The translations under genes were made by a program, and so were the position numbers. A DNA stretch of 64,000 nucleotides from a virus (Duplodnaviria; Caudoviricetes): positions 3,605-67,604 of IMG/VR virus record IMGVR_UViG_3300045391_001060; one strand, 5' to 3'. The notes beneath the pieces are model-generated. The model was not told the DNA's origin, made no database searches, and worked only from the letters and a program-made list of their open reading frames with translations. Numbering within the stretch: position 1 is the first letter of the stretch; each line of letters starts with the position of its first letter. Shown here one piece after another: positions 44,161-53,565 of the stretch.

Positions 44161-46263
44161 GTGAAGAATAGCGCAAAAGTTCGCGGACGTAAACTGGACA
44201 GTGTAGCGGCAGCGCGGGATTGGTTAGAGTTGGGGATTCGCCCCGTTCCGCTCCGTCCCGCCTCTAAGATACCCTCTGGAGGGAAGGGGTGGAACTCTCT
44301 GCGGGTCAGTGAAAAAACTGTCGCGCAGTTCTTTAAGCAAGGCGACAACCTCGGCGGCCTCTGGGGAGAACCCAGTAACTGGATCGTTGATATCGACCTC
44401 GACTGGGACGAAGCCGCGCACTTCGCGCAACACTATCTACCAGAGACCTTTACATACGGTCGGCTCAGTCGTCCCAGTTCACACTTTCTCTACCGCTGTA
44501 AAGGTGCCGTCTCGAGTTCCAAGGTAATTGACAAGACTAAGGTCATCGAGATTCGCTCCACCGGCTCACAGTCGGTTCTCCCGCCGTCGCTTCACCCTGA
44601 CAATGAACGCTACGAGATCAACGACTCCCACCCGTTCACGACTCTAACCAAAGCCGAGCTGGAACGGCTCGTCGGCCACGTCGCGGCCGCAGCGGTGTTA
44701 CTTCGGAACTTCCCGACCGAGGGCGGCCGTCACGACTTTATCCACTCTCTGACCGGCGCTCTGATGTGGAGCGGTTGGAAAGAGGACGAGACAGTCAAGT
44801 TTATGGAAGCCTTCCTCGCCTGCATTAGCGAGGACGACGACGAGCCGGGAGATCGGAAGCTCACCGTCACGAATACAATCGAGCATTTCAAGAAGGGCGA
44901 CCGGATTGCCGGCTGGAGAATCCTCTCCACGTTCGTGCCACCCGAAGTGGTGAAGGTCGCTCGCGAGTGGCTAACTCCGCCGAAGAACTACCAGACGCCA
45001 CCTAAGCTGGTGGCCGGGGAAGTCACAGTCACGATCCCGCCGATCGACAAGGCACTGGTTGACGCACCGGGTATGGTAGGCGAGATCGCTCGGTGGTCTG
45101 CCAAAAAGTCCTACCTTCTGCAGCCGTCGTTCGATCTAGCCGTCGGTCTGATGTGCACGGCTCTCGCCTCGGGTAACAAGTACATCGTTCAAGGTTGGGC
45201 AACCCCGCTTCAACCATACTTTATGCTCCTGGCTCCGACGGCTGCGGGTAAGGGATCGGCTCTCGACTGCGTGTACGAGTTTGCCGCGAAGATTAAGATG
45301 GGTAGCGCGGTATTCCAAGGGTTCCAATCCTACTACGCCTTGCTCGATAAGCTCAGCGAGCCACCGGCTATGGCGTGCTGGCTCTGGGACGAAGCGGCAA
45401 GGCGTTTGAAGGCGACGAAGAACGCAGCCTCGTTCGACTACCAGATCATCACATGGCTCCTCGCGCTCTACGGTCGTGCGAATACGCACGTACCTGCGTT
45501 TCCCGGACGCAAGACAGAGATCCCCGCGCTAGACCGGCCGTGGCTCGGGCTCCTGGCGGCCGCTCAACCGGCGCAGCTAATCGAATCGGTGACGGTGTCC
45601 GACCTCGCTATGGGCTTGCTTAATCGGTTCATCCTATTCGATTCTGGCGACGGCGCACCGAAAGCGAACACCGGCCGAAGCGACGTGTTCCCGTCCTCGA
45701 TTATGAAGACTGCTAAGGAGATGATGGAGTTCGAGCCGAAGCATTTCCCTCAGGAGATCATCTTCGAGGATGGTCCGACCTATGCTATGTTTACGGACTT
45801 CGATGAAGAGGCGCGGAGGCATGCGTCGAGTGAGGGCGAGAACGAGATCTGGGGCCGGGCTAATCAGAATTCACTCATCGTCGCGGGGATCGCGGCAGTC
45901 GGAGTGAATCCTCGTAAGCCTGTCATCTCAGCGGAGATTGCCGACTGGGCGATAAACTTGATCCGCTGGAGTATCTCCTGCTGGACAGCTCGAATCGGGG
46001 AGAGCACCGCACGTACCTTCCGCGAGCGCGAGTCCAAGACAGTCGAACGCTATATCAGGAATCCCCAGAAGTACGCTCACCGCGCCTCGCCCAAGCACCG
46101 CGACTTCCTCAAGCGCGGCCTAATGCCCTTCGTCGTTCTCCAGAAACTCTGCCGCCATCTACAAGCGCGGGAGTTCTCAGAGATTCTTGACCAGTTAGTC
46201 GAGGCACAGCTAGTTGGAGCTGGAGAAGAGAACGACGTGGAATGTTACTGGGCTCTCCAGTAG
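44161..46263 (+). CDS. Bifunctional primase-polymerase fused to a P-loop helicase-like domain
   Basis: N-terminal DIDLD, SHFLY, SVLPPSLHP (Prim-Pol); APTAAGKG and WDEA (Walker A and B). Confidence 0.8.
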   Translation: MKNSAKVRGRKLDSVAAARDWLELGIRPVPLRPASKIPSGGKGWNSLRVSEKTVAQFFKQGDNLGGLWGEPSNWIVDIDLDWDEAAHFAQHYLPETFTYGRLSRPSSHFLYRCKGAVSSSKVIDKTKVIEIRSTGSQSVLPPSLHPDNERYEINDSHPFTTLTKAELERLVGHVAAAAVLLRNFPTEGGRHDFIHSLTGALMWSGWKEDETVKFMEAFLACISEDDDEPGDRKLTVTNTIEHFKKGDRIAGWRILSTFVPPEVVKVAREWLTPPKNYQTPPKLVAGEVTVTIPPIDKALVDAPGMVGEIARWSAKKSYLLQPSFDLAVGLMCTALASGNKYIVQGWATPLQPYFMLLAPTAAGKGSALDCVYEFAAKIKMGSAVFQGFQSYYALLDKLSEPPAMACWLWDEAARRLKATKNAASFDYQIITWLLALYGRANTHVPAFPGRKTEIPALDRPWLGLLAAAQPAQLIESVTVSDLAMGLLNRFILFDSGDGAPKANTGRSDVFPSSIMKTAKEMMEFEPKHFPQEIIFEDGPTYAMFTDFDEEARRHASSEGENEIWGRANQNSLIVAGIAAVGVNPRKPVISAEIADWAINLIRWSISCWTARIGESTARTFRERESKTVERYIRNPQKYAHRASPKHRDFLKRGLMPFVVLQKLCRHLQAREFSEILDQLVEAQLVGAGEENDVECYWALQ

Positions 46264-46467
46264 ATGGGGTGAGGTAGGGAGTTGAACCCTTCTTTCGCGA
46301 TCACAGCGCGACGTGCTATCCGGTACACTATCCTCACCACAATAAAGAAGCGGGGCCAGTCTCCCCGCTTCCGCTCATGGGACGCATTCGACTTGTGGGT
46401 TTTACTTCATCGAGATCCTCCCAACGAAATGACGAGGTCCTATTCAAACCACGAACTGTGCGACGGA

Positions 46468-46478
46468 AGTATAGCGCG
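46468..46478 (-). promoter_or_regulatory. CGCGCTATACT motif (copy 2)
   Basis: Exact copy, oriented antisense into the 3' end of the primase gene. Confidence 0.45.
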
Positions 46479-46713
46479 GCGTCGAAACAACCGGAATATA
46501 CCAGTTTTTCCATACTGATTTATACCGCGCTAGCCTACGCCGTTCGAGCGATCTCCGGACCCTATACCCTACCGGCCCTAACCCGAACGCGAGCCTATAT
46601 CGAATCGTAGAGGCTCGGCGGCCTAGGCGCGGCGCGGCGTCTAGCCTAGCTCGGCCGCCCCGACCGGAACCCTTGACTTGGTACGCGGGATCGCGGGCGA
46701 TCCACAAAGTTGA

Positions 46714-46731
46714 GGCCGCCCGAAGGCGGCC
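46714..46731 (-). terminator. UUCG-loop terminator closing the early (-) operon
   Basis: Minus strand ggccgcc-ttcg-ggcggcc followed by tcaactttgt. Confidence 0.6.
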
Positions 46732-46831
46732 CCACTCCCAGTACGGTTAACGCTATGGCCGTACCAGTTCCGGACTCCGTGCCGACAACGTCCGCTCGTG
46801 AGAGCTGGAGACTGCTAGCCCTTACGGCGGA

Positions 46832-47044
46832 TCACTCCTCTGGATACTTGTAGACGTTGAGACCGAAGACGAACTCGTTGCCTTCGTGGTCCAACGCCTT
46901 CGTGTTCCCGTTCGATGTCGCGATCGTCAGAGTCTTGCCCGACTTCGACTTGCCGTTCGTCTCCTTGAGATCGACGGTGATCGTGAGCTTCCCGTCCTTG
47001 CTGACATCGTACTTGACGTTCTTACCAACCGATTTCGTAGCCAT
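46832..47044 (-). CDS. Small basic beta-rich protein
   Basis: LTITVDL...SKSGKT..IATSNGN...GLNVY; RBS AGGAG. Confidence 0.65.
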   Translation of the reverse strand: MATKSVGKNVKYDVSKDGKLTITVDLKETNGKSKSGKTLTIATSNGNTKALDHEGNEFVFGLNVYKYPEE

Positions 47045-47060
47045 GATCAGAGTCTCCTAG

Positions 47061-47540
47061 TTATTGTTTCCGAGCCGAACTCCGGCCCGTCCCTATCTTA
47101 CTCGAACGTTGCTGCCACGCGATAGTCCTTCTTTCATACGTATTGAACTCTCCGTTCGCCCAACACGCCTTGCCGAAGCCCCGCTTGCGCTCCGTCGGGT
47201 ATAAGACTCGGTTGCAGATAGCGCACTTCACGTCGCCCTTAGTAGCAGCGGCCACCGCCTGGACGACCTCGACGGTGCGCTCTATGATCGCTTGTATTGA
47301 CTCGATGTCCTTGTCAGTGGCCTTTCCCACCGACCTGAAGATCCCGCTGGCCGTGACCTCGCCGAGATAGACCTTGCCCCTGGTAACGTAGAGCCTCCCG
47401 TTGGAGGGCGCGAGCCCTATCCGGTATCCGCCTACGGTAAGGGCCGGCAACCGCGTCCCCGCACGCCGGATTAAGCGCAGGCTATCCATTAGGGGGCGAG
47501 CGCGGAACCGATATATGCGACGAGCGGTCATTGTTACCAA
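47061..47540 (-). CDS. DUF6011-like Zn-finger protein
   Basis: CAICNRVL...GFGKAC. Confidence 0.55.
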   Translation of the reverse strand: MVTMTARRIYRFRARPLMDSLRLIRRAGTRLPALTVGGYRIGLAPSNGRLYVTRGKVYLGEVTASGIFRSVGKATDKDIESIQAIIERTVEVVQAVAAATKGDVKCAICNRVLYPTERKRGFGKACWANGEFNTYERRTIAWQQRSSKIGTGRSSARKQ

Positions 47541-47788
47541 GCCTCGCAGTGGGCGCGGTCAGTCTCATCACAGTTGCAGGTTAGACACGGAGCGCCTCGA
47601 CTTCGGATCAACGCCGCCTCGGCCGGTGCGTACTTGTGCGCGTTCTTCTCACGCTCGCCCGCGCGGAGCTGGTAGGCTTCGTGAACGGCTCGAGCCATCT
47701 TCATTACTGTCTCGAAGCCGTGCGACTGGCTACCTCCGCCGATCTGCGTGAGGAAAGCGGCGTCCTCGTCTGAGATTCTCATCTTCAT
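47534..47788 (-). CDS. Hypothetical protein (RHH-like N-terminus, Cys-rich tail)
   Basis: MKMRISDEDAAFL; CLTCNC...HC. Confidence 0.45.
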   Translation of the reverse strand: MKMRISDEDAAFLTQIGGGSQSHGFETVMKMARAVHEAYQLRAGEREKNAHKYAPAEAALIRSRGAPCLTCNCDETDRAHCEAW

Positions 47789-48009
47789 GGCTGTACTGCC
47801 TTTCGAATGGCGTCGAGGTCAACGCCTCGCTCGCGTAGCCATTCCACGTCGTCGGCCGGAGGCTCTTCACCCCGCTCCCAGTAGCCCTGAACCCAGGCGA
47901 TCTGGTTCTGGATAACGAGCTGGCGTAGGTCGTCCACGTCCGCCTCGGTGAGACCCTCGCGCTTCATTATCCGCTTGCGTTCGAGGTCGATGAGGTTGTC
48001 CTTGCTCAT
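47785..48009 (-). CDS. Hypothetical protein
   Basis: Start moved to ATG 48009 (MSKDNLID). Confidence 0.5.
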   Translation of the reverse strand: MSKDNLIDLERKRIMKREGLTEADVDDLRQLVIQNQIAWVQGYWERGEEPPADDVEWLRERGVDLDAIRKAVQP

Positions 48010-48010
48010 G

Positions 48011-48496
48011 TTAGTACTCGTTCGGCCAGGAGATCTGGGTCGGGTCGTCCAGCTCCTCGAACTCCAGGGACGATGTATCATCGAGCCCGTCTTTGATCGT
48101 CTCCAGCTCGGAGATCGCGTCGTCGCACTCGCTGCAGAAGCCCTCGGCGTTCTGCCCCATGTCCGCGCCTTGCCACTGCTCTGGCATGTTATCGTACTTC
48201 TCCTGGGAGGCATCGCGTGCCTCGGTAAGTGCCTGGATCGCGTCGTCTACCTCGGCGGCGAGGCTCGCGCGATCCTCCTTCCATTTCTCCTCGGTCCAGT
48301 CGATGTCGTTGACGATCTCCTGGGCCCGGCGGAGCGCACCGTAGTCCGCTCGCTGCGTGAGCTGAGATGGTTTCGGTGGCGTCTTCGACATGACCTTTCG
48401 GCCGCGATAGAACTTCCACGAGTAGTACACCTCGCCCTTCTTGATCCCTTGGGCGGGGTAGTTCTTGCCAGCGGTCTTTCTTGTTACTCTCGGCAT
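48011..48496 (-). CDS. Hypothetical protein with acidic helical C-terminus
   Basis: GIKKGEVYYSWKF...PKPSQLT; RBS AGGAG. Confidence 0.6.
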   Translation of the reverse strand: MPRVTRKTAGKNYPAQGIKKGEVYYSWKFYRGRKVMSKTPPKPSQLTQRADYGALRRAQEIVNDIDWTEEKWKEDRASLAAEVDDAIQALTEARDASQEKYDNMPEQWQGADMGQNAEGFCSECDDAISELETIKDGLDDTSSLEFEELDDPTQISWPNEY

Positions 48497-48524
48497 TGCA
48501 GTCTCCTGTACGTTAGCGTTTGTG

Positions 48525-48746
48525 TTATGGTCTCCAGAGGACGAGCAGATCGTGGTCTGTTCCCGTCGGCTCCTCGGTCGAGCGCGCGTCGGGATTCGAG
48601 CAGAGGATCACCTCGCGATGAGTCCCCTTGTATACCCCGCCGACGGGGTAATGCTCATACGGCCCGGCCTCTAGCTGGTCTCCGATTCTGACCTCGTCCT
48701 CGGGGTTTCGATCCCGAAGCACCTCGATTAGCTCTGCCACTCTCAT
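48525..48746 (-). CDS. Hypothetical protein
   Basis: MRVAELIEVLR..NPEDEV.I, a common small-phage-ORF start. Confidence 0.5.
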   Translation of the reverse strand: MRVAELIEVLRDRNPEDEVRIGDQLEAGPYEHYPVGGVYKGTHREVILCSNPDARSTEEPTGTDHDLLVLWRP

Positions 48747-48990
48747 AACCTGCGTACTCCAGTTGTTGCTGTTTCATCTTCTCGATCTCTCGGCGGTGAG
48801 CCCTCGTGTAACTCTTCGCTGAGACGTTCCAGACGACGAGCTTCCCGAACATCCACGTCTCTACGAATCGCTTCACGTCCTCGACGGCGCACTCGAATTC
48901 CACCTCGAGTTCCAGCTGGTGGTTTAGATCGCGGAAAACCACCTTAACCGGCTCCGTCGGAAAACGTATTTTAACTCGGCGTCCGGGCAT
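48655..48990 (-). CDS. Hypothetical protein
   Basis: RBS GGAGG; 3' overlap with the next ORF. Confidence 0.4.
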   Translation of the reverse strand: MPGRRVKIRFPTEPVKVVFRDLNHQLELEVEFECAVEDVKRFVETWMFGKLVVWNVSAKSYTRAHRREIEKMKQQQLEYAGYESGRANRGASGSKPRGRGQNRRPARGRAV

Positions 48991-49061
48991 AATACCTCCA
49001 GAGAAGCCATAGGCCGAGACCGATAAGCGCGAAGCCGACGATGAATCTTTCCGGTGTCATG

Positions 49062-49415
49062 TTAGTGTCCCTTCTTACTTGGTTCGCCCCTGAAATCCGT
49101 CTTCTGGAAGTCCGTGTCAATCTCGTCTTCAATCGGCCGGACTAGGCAGGAAACCATCGCCCCGACCATGACCGAAAGAACCACGTCTCGGGGTATTTCT
49201 CCCTCTGGCAGGAGGGCGTACATGGCGGCTGAGAGGATATCCGCCGTCTGCGCCAGAGCCGCCCCCATCTCGCCGGGGTCCCTGGTATGGAACCCCTGGA
49301 TCTCGACGCGAATCCCCTCACCGCCGATGTAGATGACGCGAAACAACTCGATCTTCGAGCCGGGCGCGACCGGGACGCGGGCTGCCGTAACGTCTTTGCC
49401 TTCCTTGTTCTTCAT
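49062..49415 (-). CDS. Hypothetical protein
   Basis: RBS GGAGG before ATG 49415. Confidence 0.5.
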   Translation of the reverse strand: MKNKEGKDVTAARVPVAPGSKIELFRVIYIGGEGIRVEIQGFHTRDPGEMGAALAQTADILSAAMYALLPEGEIPRDVVLSVMVGAMVSCLVRPIEDEIDTDFQKTDFRGEPSKKGH

Positions 49416-49417
49416 GG

Positions 49418-49852
49418 CTACCTCCACTTGTCCGAGATGCGCTCGACTTCGTAGCCCTCGTCCATCTCGCGAGCGTACATCTCCTCGTCCTGGAGATTAA
49501 GCATGATCTCGATGTCGAACAGCTTCTGCCGTCCGATCCGGCCGAGCTGGACTTCGCGCGGGAGAACGAGGCGGAAGATACCGTGGGTCAACCCGTCCGG
49601 TTTCCAGGTCCAGTCGGGCTGGTCGGCCGACGTTCGGATCGTATCGAGCTGCGTGTCGATGATCCGGTGTCCGTCCGAGTAGCACTTCGGGTCGCCGAAG
49701 GCATGGCAGATCGGACACTCCTCGCATTTGCAATCGACCTCGCTATCGCAGAGGCAGACCTCGCAGATGTATGGACCGTTCTGGTTGTACGGAGCATTGG
49801 GGTCCGTCGCCGCGCCCGGTGGATAGCTCCACCCGAATATCCCGCTTCTCAT
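49418..49852 (-). CDS. Cys-rich hypothetical protein
   Basis: Start at ATG 49852; GWSYPPG...CEVC.C....C.CEECPIC. Confidence 0.55.
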   Translation of the reverse strand: MRSGIFGWSYPPGAATDPNAPYNQNGPYICEVCLCDSEVDCKCEECPICHAFGDPKCYSDGHRIIDTQLDTIRTSADQPDWTWKPDGLTHGIFRLVLPREVQLGRIGRQKLFDIEIMLNLQDEEMYAREMDEGYEVERISDKWR

Positions 49853-50001
49853 GACTGCGCCCTCCCGGTTGCGAAGTGAGCGACGAGGAAACCCCCGCCG
49901 ATGATTAGAAGCATGAGTCCCGTCGTCACGCGGGGGAAGAACCAGAAGCCAACCCCCCAGAGCGCGAGCACGACGAGAGAGATTCCGATTAGCCATCTCA
50001 T
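49849..50001 (-). CDS. Small two-TM membrane protein
   Basis: Start at ATG 50001; MRWLIGISLVVLALWG...LMLLIIGGGFL. Confidence 0.5.
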   Translation of the reverse strand: MRWLIGISLVVLALWGVGFWFFPRVTTGLMLLIIGGGFLVAHFATGRAQS

Positions 50002-50351
50002 GACGGCTCTTCCACGTCGAGGATGTGATACCCGGCGTCGCGGATCTCGTCGGCGACCCGATCCATAACGTCGGCGTTCCACTCCTTCGCGTTCAGGTGG
50101 TGGATGATCCGCTGGACCAGACCGGAGTCCTTGTCCTTGTGCCGGCGAATTACCTTGTCGACGGCGGCCTCGATGGCCTCCATCTTCTGGTAGGACTTGA
50201 ACGTCTGGAGGACGCTCACTTCGTCGTCCTCGCCGTCCCAGACCTCCTCCCAGAGAATGAGTCGGTTGATCTCCTCCGTGAGGATGATCACGACCTTCTG
50301 CCCCGTGTTACGGTTGTCCTCGATCGTTCTGCTATACAGTACCCTTTCCAT
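49998..50351 (-). CDS. Hypothetical protein
   Basis: 117 aa, RBS AAGGAG. Confidence 0.5.
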   Translation of the reverse strand: MERVLYSRTIEDNRNTGQKVVIILTEEINRLILWEEVWDGEDDEVSVLQTFKSYQKMEAIEAAVDKVIRRHKDKDSGLVQRIIHHLNAKEWNADVMDRVADEIRDAGYHILDVEEPS

Positions 50352-50384
50352 TGCAGTCTCCTTTTGTGCGGGAGCGACCCGAGT

Positions 50385-50600
50385 TTAGGTTATCGTTACT
50401 TCCCAGCCCTCATCCTCGCAGAAGGCGAGTGCCGTTTTTGTGTCGAGGACTTCGTGGACCTCGGGCGTGATATTCCCCACGACCTTTTTCACGACATACT
50501 CGACGGGCCAGCGCGACGACTGCGCTGCCTTGATCTCGTCCTCGGACATTTTATCCATCGACTTAATCTTCTGTTCGAGATACAGCTTCTTTTTAGCCAT
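50385..50600 (-). CDS. Hypothetical protein
   Basis: RBS AGGAGG/GGAG. Confidence 0.5.
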   Translation of the reverse strand: MAKKKLYLEQKIKSMDKMSEDEIKAAQSSRWPVEYVVKKVVGNITPEVHEVLDTKTALAFCEDEGWEVTIT

Positions 50601-50862
50601 CCAACTCCTCCTGGGTGACCGGCCGACCCTGCTTGTCGACGATGTCGAACCCCATTCGCTTGAGGTACGCAGCCGCCTCCTTCTCCGACATGATCTTCTC
50701 GTTCAGCTCCTGCCAGAAGAGAAGCTCGGCCTGCTTGCCCGTCTGCTTCGCCGTCCACTCCTGGACCTGGGTGATTAGCCCGACCAGGGCCTGCTGCTCA
50801 TGCTCCGTGAGCTCGACGGTCTTGACGATCTTCGTGGGCTCGGGTTGTTTCTTTTTAGCCAT
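50593..50862 (-). CDS. Hypothetical protein
   Basis: Start moved to ATG 50862 (MAKKKQPEP). Confidence 0.5.
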   Translation of the reverse strand: MAKKKQPEPTKIVKTVELTEHEQQALVGLITQVQEWTAKQTGKQAELLFWQELNEKIMSEKEAAAYLKRMGFDIVDKQGRPVTQEELDG

Positions 50863-50864
50863 GG

Positions 50865-51095
50865 CTACAACCTCACCGGCTGTTCGAAGCAGAGACGGTA
50901 GTTGAACTGTTCGAGCTTGAAGCTCGTGACGTTCCGCTTCTCTGCCTCTTCGTCCTTGACGTACACCTCCACGAGGAGTTTCACCCGAGGATCGCGGTCC
51001 TCGATGACCCTGTTCACCTCGCACCCGTAGAGGCGGGCGTGCGGGATGTCAACCCGCCGCCCCCTCTGTAGTCGCTTTGCCGTTCGCAGATCCAT
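50865..51095 (-). CDS. Hypothetical SH3-like protein
   Basis: AKRLQRGRRV... pattern, RBS GGAGG. Confidence 0.45.
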   Translation of the reverse strand: MDLRTAKRLQRGRRVDIPHARLYGCEVNRVIEDRDPRVKLLVEVYVKDEEAEKRNVTSFKLEQFNYRLCFEQPVRL

Positions 51096-51097
51096 GG

Positions 51098-51307
51098 CTA
51101 CTTGACCTCCTCGACCTTCTGGATCTGCTCCGGGTGAAGGTACGCTGTCCCGAAGTCCGGCTTCTGTTCCCTCCCACTGAAGATGAACTGGTCTTCTGTG
51201 ACCCCGATCAGCTTCGCCTGGACGGTCCTGGTCCGAGTCCTTGCTCCTGTCGGGAGATAGGTCACTCGGTAGACCTTCCCCATTATCATCTCGTGCTTAC
51301 GACTCAT
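51098..51307 (-). CDS. Hypothetical SH3-like protein
   Basis: GKVYRVTY...AKLIG; RBS AAGGAG. Confidence 0.5.
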   Translation of the reverse strand: MSRKHEMIMGKVYRVTYLPTGARTRTRTVQAKLIGVTEDQFIFSGREQKPDFGTAYLHPEQIQKVEEVK

Positions 51308-51347
51308 CGCGGTCTCCTTTCAAACCGGGCGCGTCGCCCGTAGGAGT

Positions 51348-51357
51348 ATTATACGCC
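51348..51357 (-). promoter_or_regulatory. -10-like element GGCGTATAAT
   Basis: Intergenic, upstream of 51098..51307; variant of the CGCGCTATACT motif. Confidence 0.4.
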
Positions 51358-51374
51358 TCCTTGACGTGGTGTTT

Positions 51375-51851
51375 TTACCCGTTTTCACGGATCTTTCTAA
51401 ACTGTAAGAGTTCGTTTTCACGGACCTTAAAGGACTGGAGTCGTGCGATGAACTCTTTGATCTCCTTGCGGACGGTAGCGACTGACCGATCCGAGCCGTC
51501 GTAGAAGATGTTCGTGACTCCCCACTTCGCCAGCTCTCGGAGCGCCCAGCTAGATGTCTCGCCGTATGGAACGAAGAAGTCCTGGACATCGCTCCCGAAG
51601 TTCTCGTCCACCTCCCACTCACCATACTCATCCTTGAAAAAGGTGAGCTTGAGACCTCGACGACGGAACCACGGAGTCATACCGGCATGACCAGCGGCGC
51701 AGGCTACGGTTCCGCAATGGGTTTTCGTTCCCCACGTATCCATCTGGAAGTGCTTGCGTTTTTCGTGGGGTGGGAGATCCTTGAGGACCTTGTCTACTCT
51801 CTCCCAGCGCTCGATGACATCGTCGATTGTTTTTGGTGTGTTAACTTCCAC
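51375..51851 (-). CDS. CGTxxCxAG-motif protein, paralog A
   Basis: IERWE.V..VL..L.PH...HF.M..WG.KT.CGTV.CAAG. Confidence 0.6.
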   Translation of the reverse strand: MEVNTPKTIDDVIERWERVDKVLKDLPPHEKRKHFQMDTWGTKTHCGTVACAAGHAGMTPWFRRRGLKLTFFKDEYGEWEVDENFGSDVQDFFVPYGETSSWALRELAKWGVTNIFYDGSDRSVATVRKEIKEFIARLQSFKVRENELLQFRKIRENG

Positions 51852-51853
51852 GG

Positions 51854-52351
51854 CTATTCCTCCTCCGAGAACTCACGAAACTGTTTCAGGAAGTAGTCGA
51901 TCTCGTCGATGACCTGGCCAACCGGGCGACGAGTCCCGTTGTATAGCGTCTCGTCGCACGCGAGGCGAGCGAGCCGGGCTAGGTCTCCGGTCTGGTAAGG
52001 GACGAAGAAGTCCCAGACCATATCACCGAAGTGATAGCCGACTCCTGCAGAAGGAACAAGCTGGCCGAATGGACTCATCTCCGCCTTGAACTTCCTCTCC
52101 TGGAACCAGGGGTCGAGCGAGCAGAGCCCGGCCGCGCAGCCGACGGTACCGCACTCCGTCTTCCGGCCCCAGTCGGCCATGTCGAAATGCTCTGCAGCGT
52201 CGTGCGGGCTTAGGCTGGTAAGAACACGACGCACGTTCTCCCAGCGTTCGATCAGCTCAGCCTTCGTCTTCGGGACTTCCGGCTTGTCTTTCAGGGGTAT
52301 CATAGACACGTTCAGTCTCCTTCTGTACTCGTAGTGGGGGCCGTTGTTCAT
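51854..52351 (-). CDS. CGTxxCxAG-motif protein, paralog B
   Basis: Same motifs as the adjacent ORF. Confidence 0.6.
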   Translation of the reverse strand: MNNGPHYEYRRRLNVSMIPLKDKPEVPKTKAELIERWENVRRVLTSLSPHDAAEHFDMADWGRKTECGTVGCAAGLCSLDPWFQERKFKAEMSPFGQLVPSAGVGYHFGDMVWDFFVPYQTGDLARLARLACDETLYNGTRRPVGQVIDEIDYFLKQFREFSEEE

Positions 52352-52923
52352 TGGAGGGGCGGAACTCCACGCATTTTCTTCTCCGCCATCGTCGCCCGGC
52401 GCTTGGCGTTGGTAGCTGCGCGCTTCTCCTTTTCGGCGTTGATCGTGGTTATGAGGAACTCGATGTCCTCATCCAGCCTCTTGTTCCAGATCGACTGGTC
52501 GGCTCGGTCCTCCTCGGGGACAGCGGGCCGTTTCGACCGGAACGCAGAAAGTGCTTGTCTGAGCTTCTTCTCGAATGTATCCCCCAGCGCGGTACCGAGA
52601 AGGCGGGGTAACATCTTCAGCGCCCATTCCTTACGCGCGTCGTCGGAGTTAAAACCGTCGTTGCGTTCGACGACTGCATCACGCAGGGTCTTCGATACGC
52701 AGGATACATGGTCGTATTCACCGAGCGCCTTGCTAGGGGGATCGTACTTCTCCACGAGAACTTGGTCTAGCGTGACCTTGCCCTCGGCGATCTTCACCGC
52801 CAGGAAAAGGGCGGACATGATACACGCCTCCTTGTGCGCATAGTATCCGACGCCCTGGACGAACTTCCACTCGCCCAGGAAGGACAGGTCAACCGGCGTT
52901 AGTTTCATTTTCTTCTTGCTCAT
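52348..52923 (-). CDS. Phage protein of unknown function
   Basis: EACIMSA...DH.SCVS..LR...ND. Confidence 0.55.
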   Translation of the reverse strand: MSKKKMKLTPVDLSFLGEWKFVQGVGYYAHKEACIMSALFLAVKIAEGKVTLDQVLVEKYDPPSKALGEYDHVSCVSKTLRDAVVERNDGFNSDDARKEWALKMLPRLLGTALGDTFEKKLRQALSAFRSKRPAVPEEDRADQSIWNKRLDEDIEFLITTINAEKEKRAATNAKRRATMAEKKMRGVPPLQ

Positions 52924-53293
52924 CTTCAGTCTCCTGTTTATGGTACTCACAGAACTCGCGCATCCCCATTACGTTCCCCGGATCTTCGGCCGCCGCCTGG
53001 AGGCGCTGTAGGTTGCGGTCTCGAAAGAGCTTGGCGCTCTTATTGGCACAGACCAGAGAACCCGTACAGACCTTGTACTTGTTCGAGTTCTTCTGGTTAG
53101 TAATCGTCATGTGGCAGACGAATCCAGCCTCGCTGAACGCCTGCCGTATGATCTCCTCTGGATTAGGCCAGGGGCCGAGATAGCCCCTCATCGAGTTGCG
53201 TTTGAACGGACACTCTCGGCAAGGCGCGGGCGTCGCAGCCCGCTCGGCGTTGGCCCGTACTCCCTTGGCGGCCCTATGGTAAGCCTCCTTCAT
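52889..53293 (-). CDS. Cys/His metal-binding protein (DUF6283-like)
   Basis: PCRECPFK...FVCH...CTGS. Confidence 0.55.
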   Translation of the reverse strand: MKEAYHRAAKGVRANAERAATPAPCRECPFKRNSMRGYLGPWPNPEEIIRQAFSEAGFVCHMTITNQKNSNKYKVCTGSLVCANKSAKLFRDRNLQRLQAAAEDPGNVMGMREFCEYHKQETEDEQEENETNAG

Positions 53294-53562
53294 ACGATCT
53301 CCACCTCGTATAGATCGAACGTCCCATCGACATCGGCCTTTGGCCGCCCCATAAACTTGCGGTCTCCACCGCGCTGAGTTACCTCCGCGAACTCAACGCC
53401 GTAGTCGCTCAGCTCGTCCTTGCCCCAGATATCGGTCAGGATAACCGAGCACTGGCGCTTGGCCTTGTCGAGCTTCTTGTAGATCGTCAGACACAGCTGA
53501 TCCTCGACGTGAGCCTCCTTCGCGTCGGGATCAGCCCGGAAGATTACCATCCACCCCTTCAT
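53290..53562 (-). CDS. Hypothetical protein
   Basis: 90 aa, coupled. Confidence 0.5.
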   Translation of the reverse strand: MKGWMVIFRADPDAKEAHVEDQLCLTIYKKLDKAKRQCSVILTDIWGKDELSDYGVEFAEVTQRGGDRKFMGRPKADVDGTFDLYEVEIV

Positions 53563-53565
53563 TCG

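Noticed and set aside
46741-46830. tRNA-like sequence in the structured intergenic block
   Set aside because: No cloverleaf, T-loop GTTCRA or CCA end on either strand
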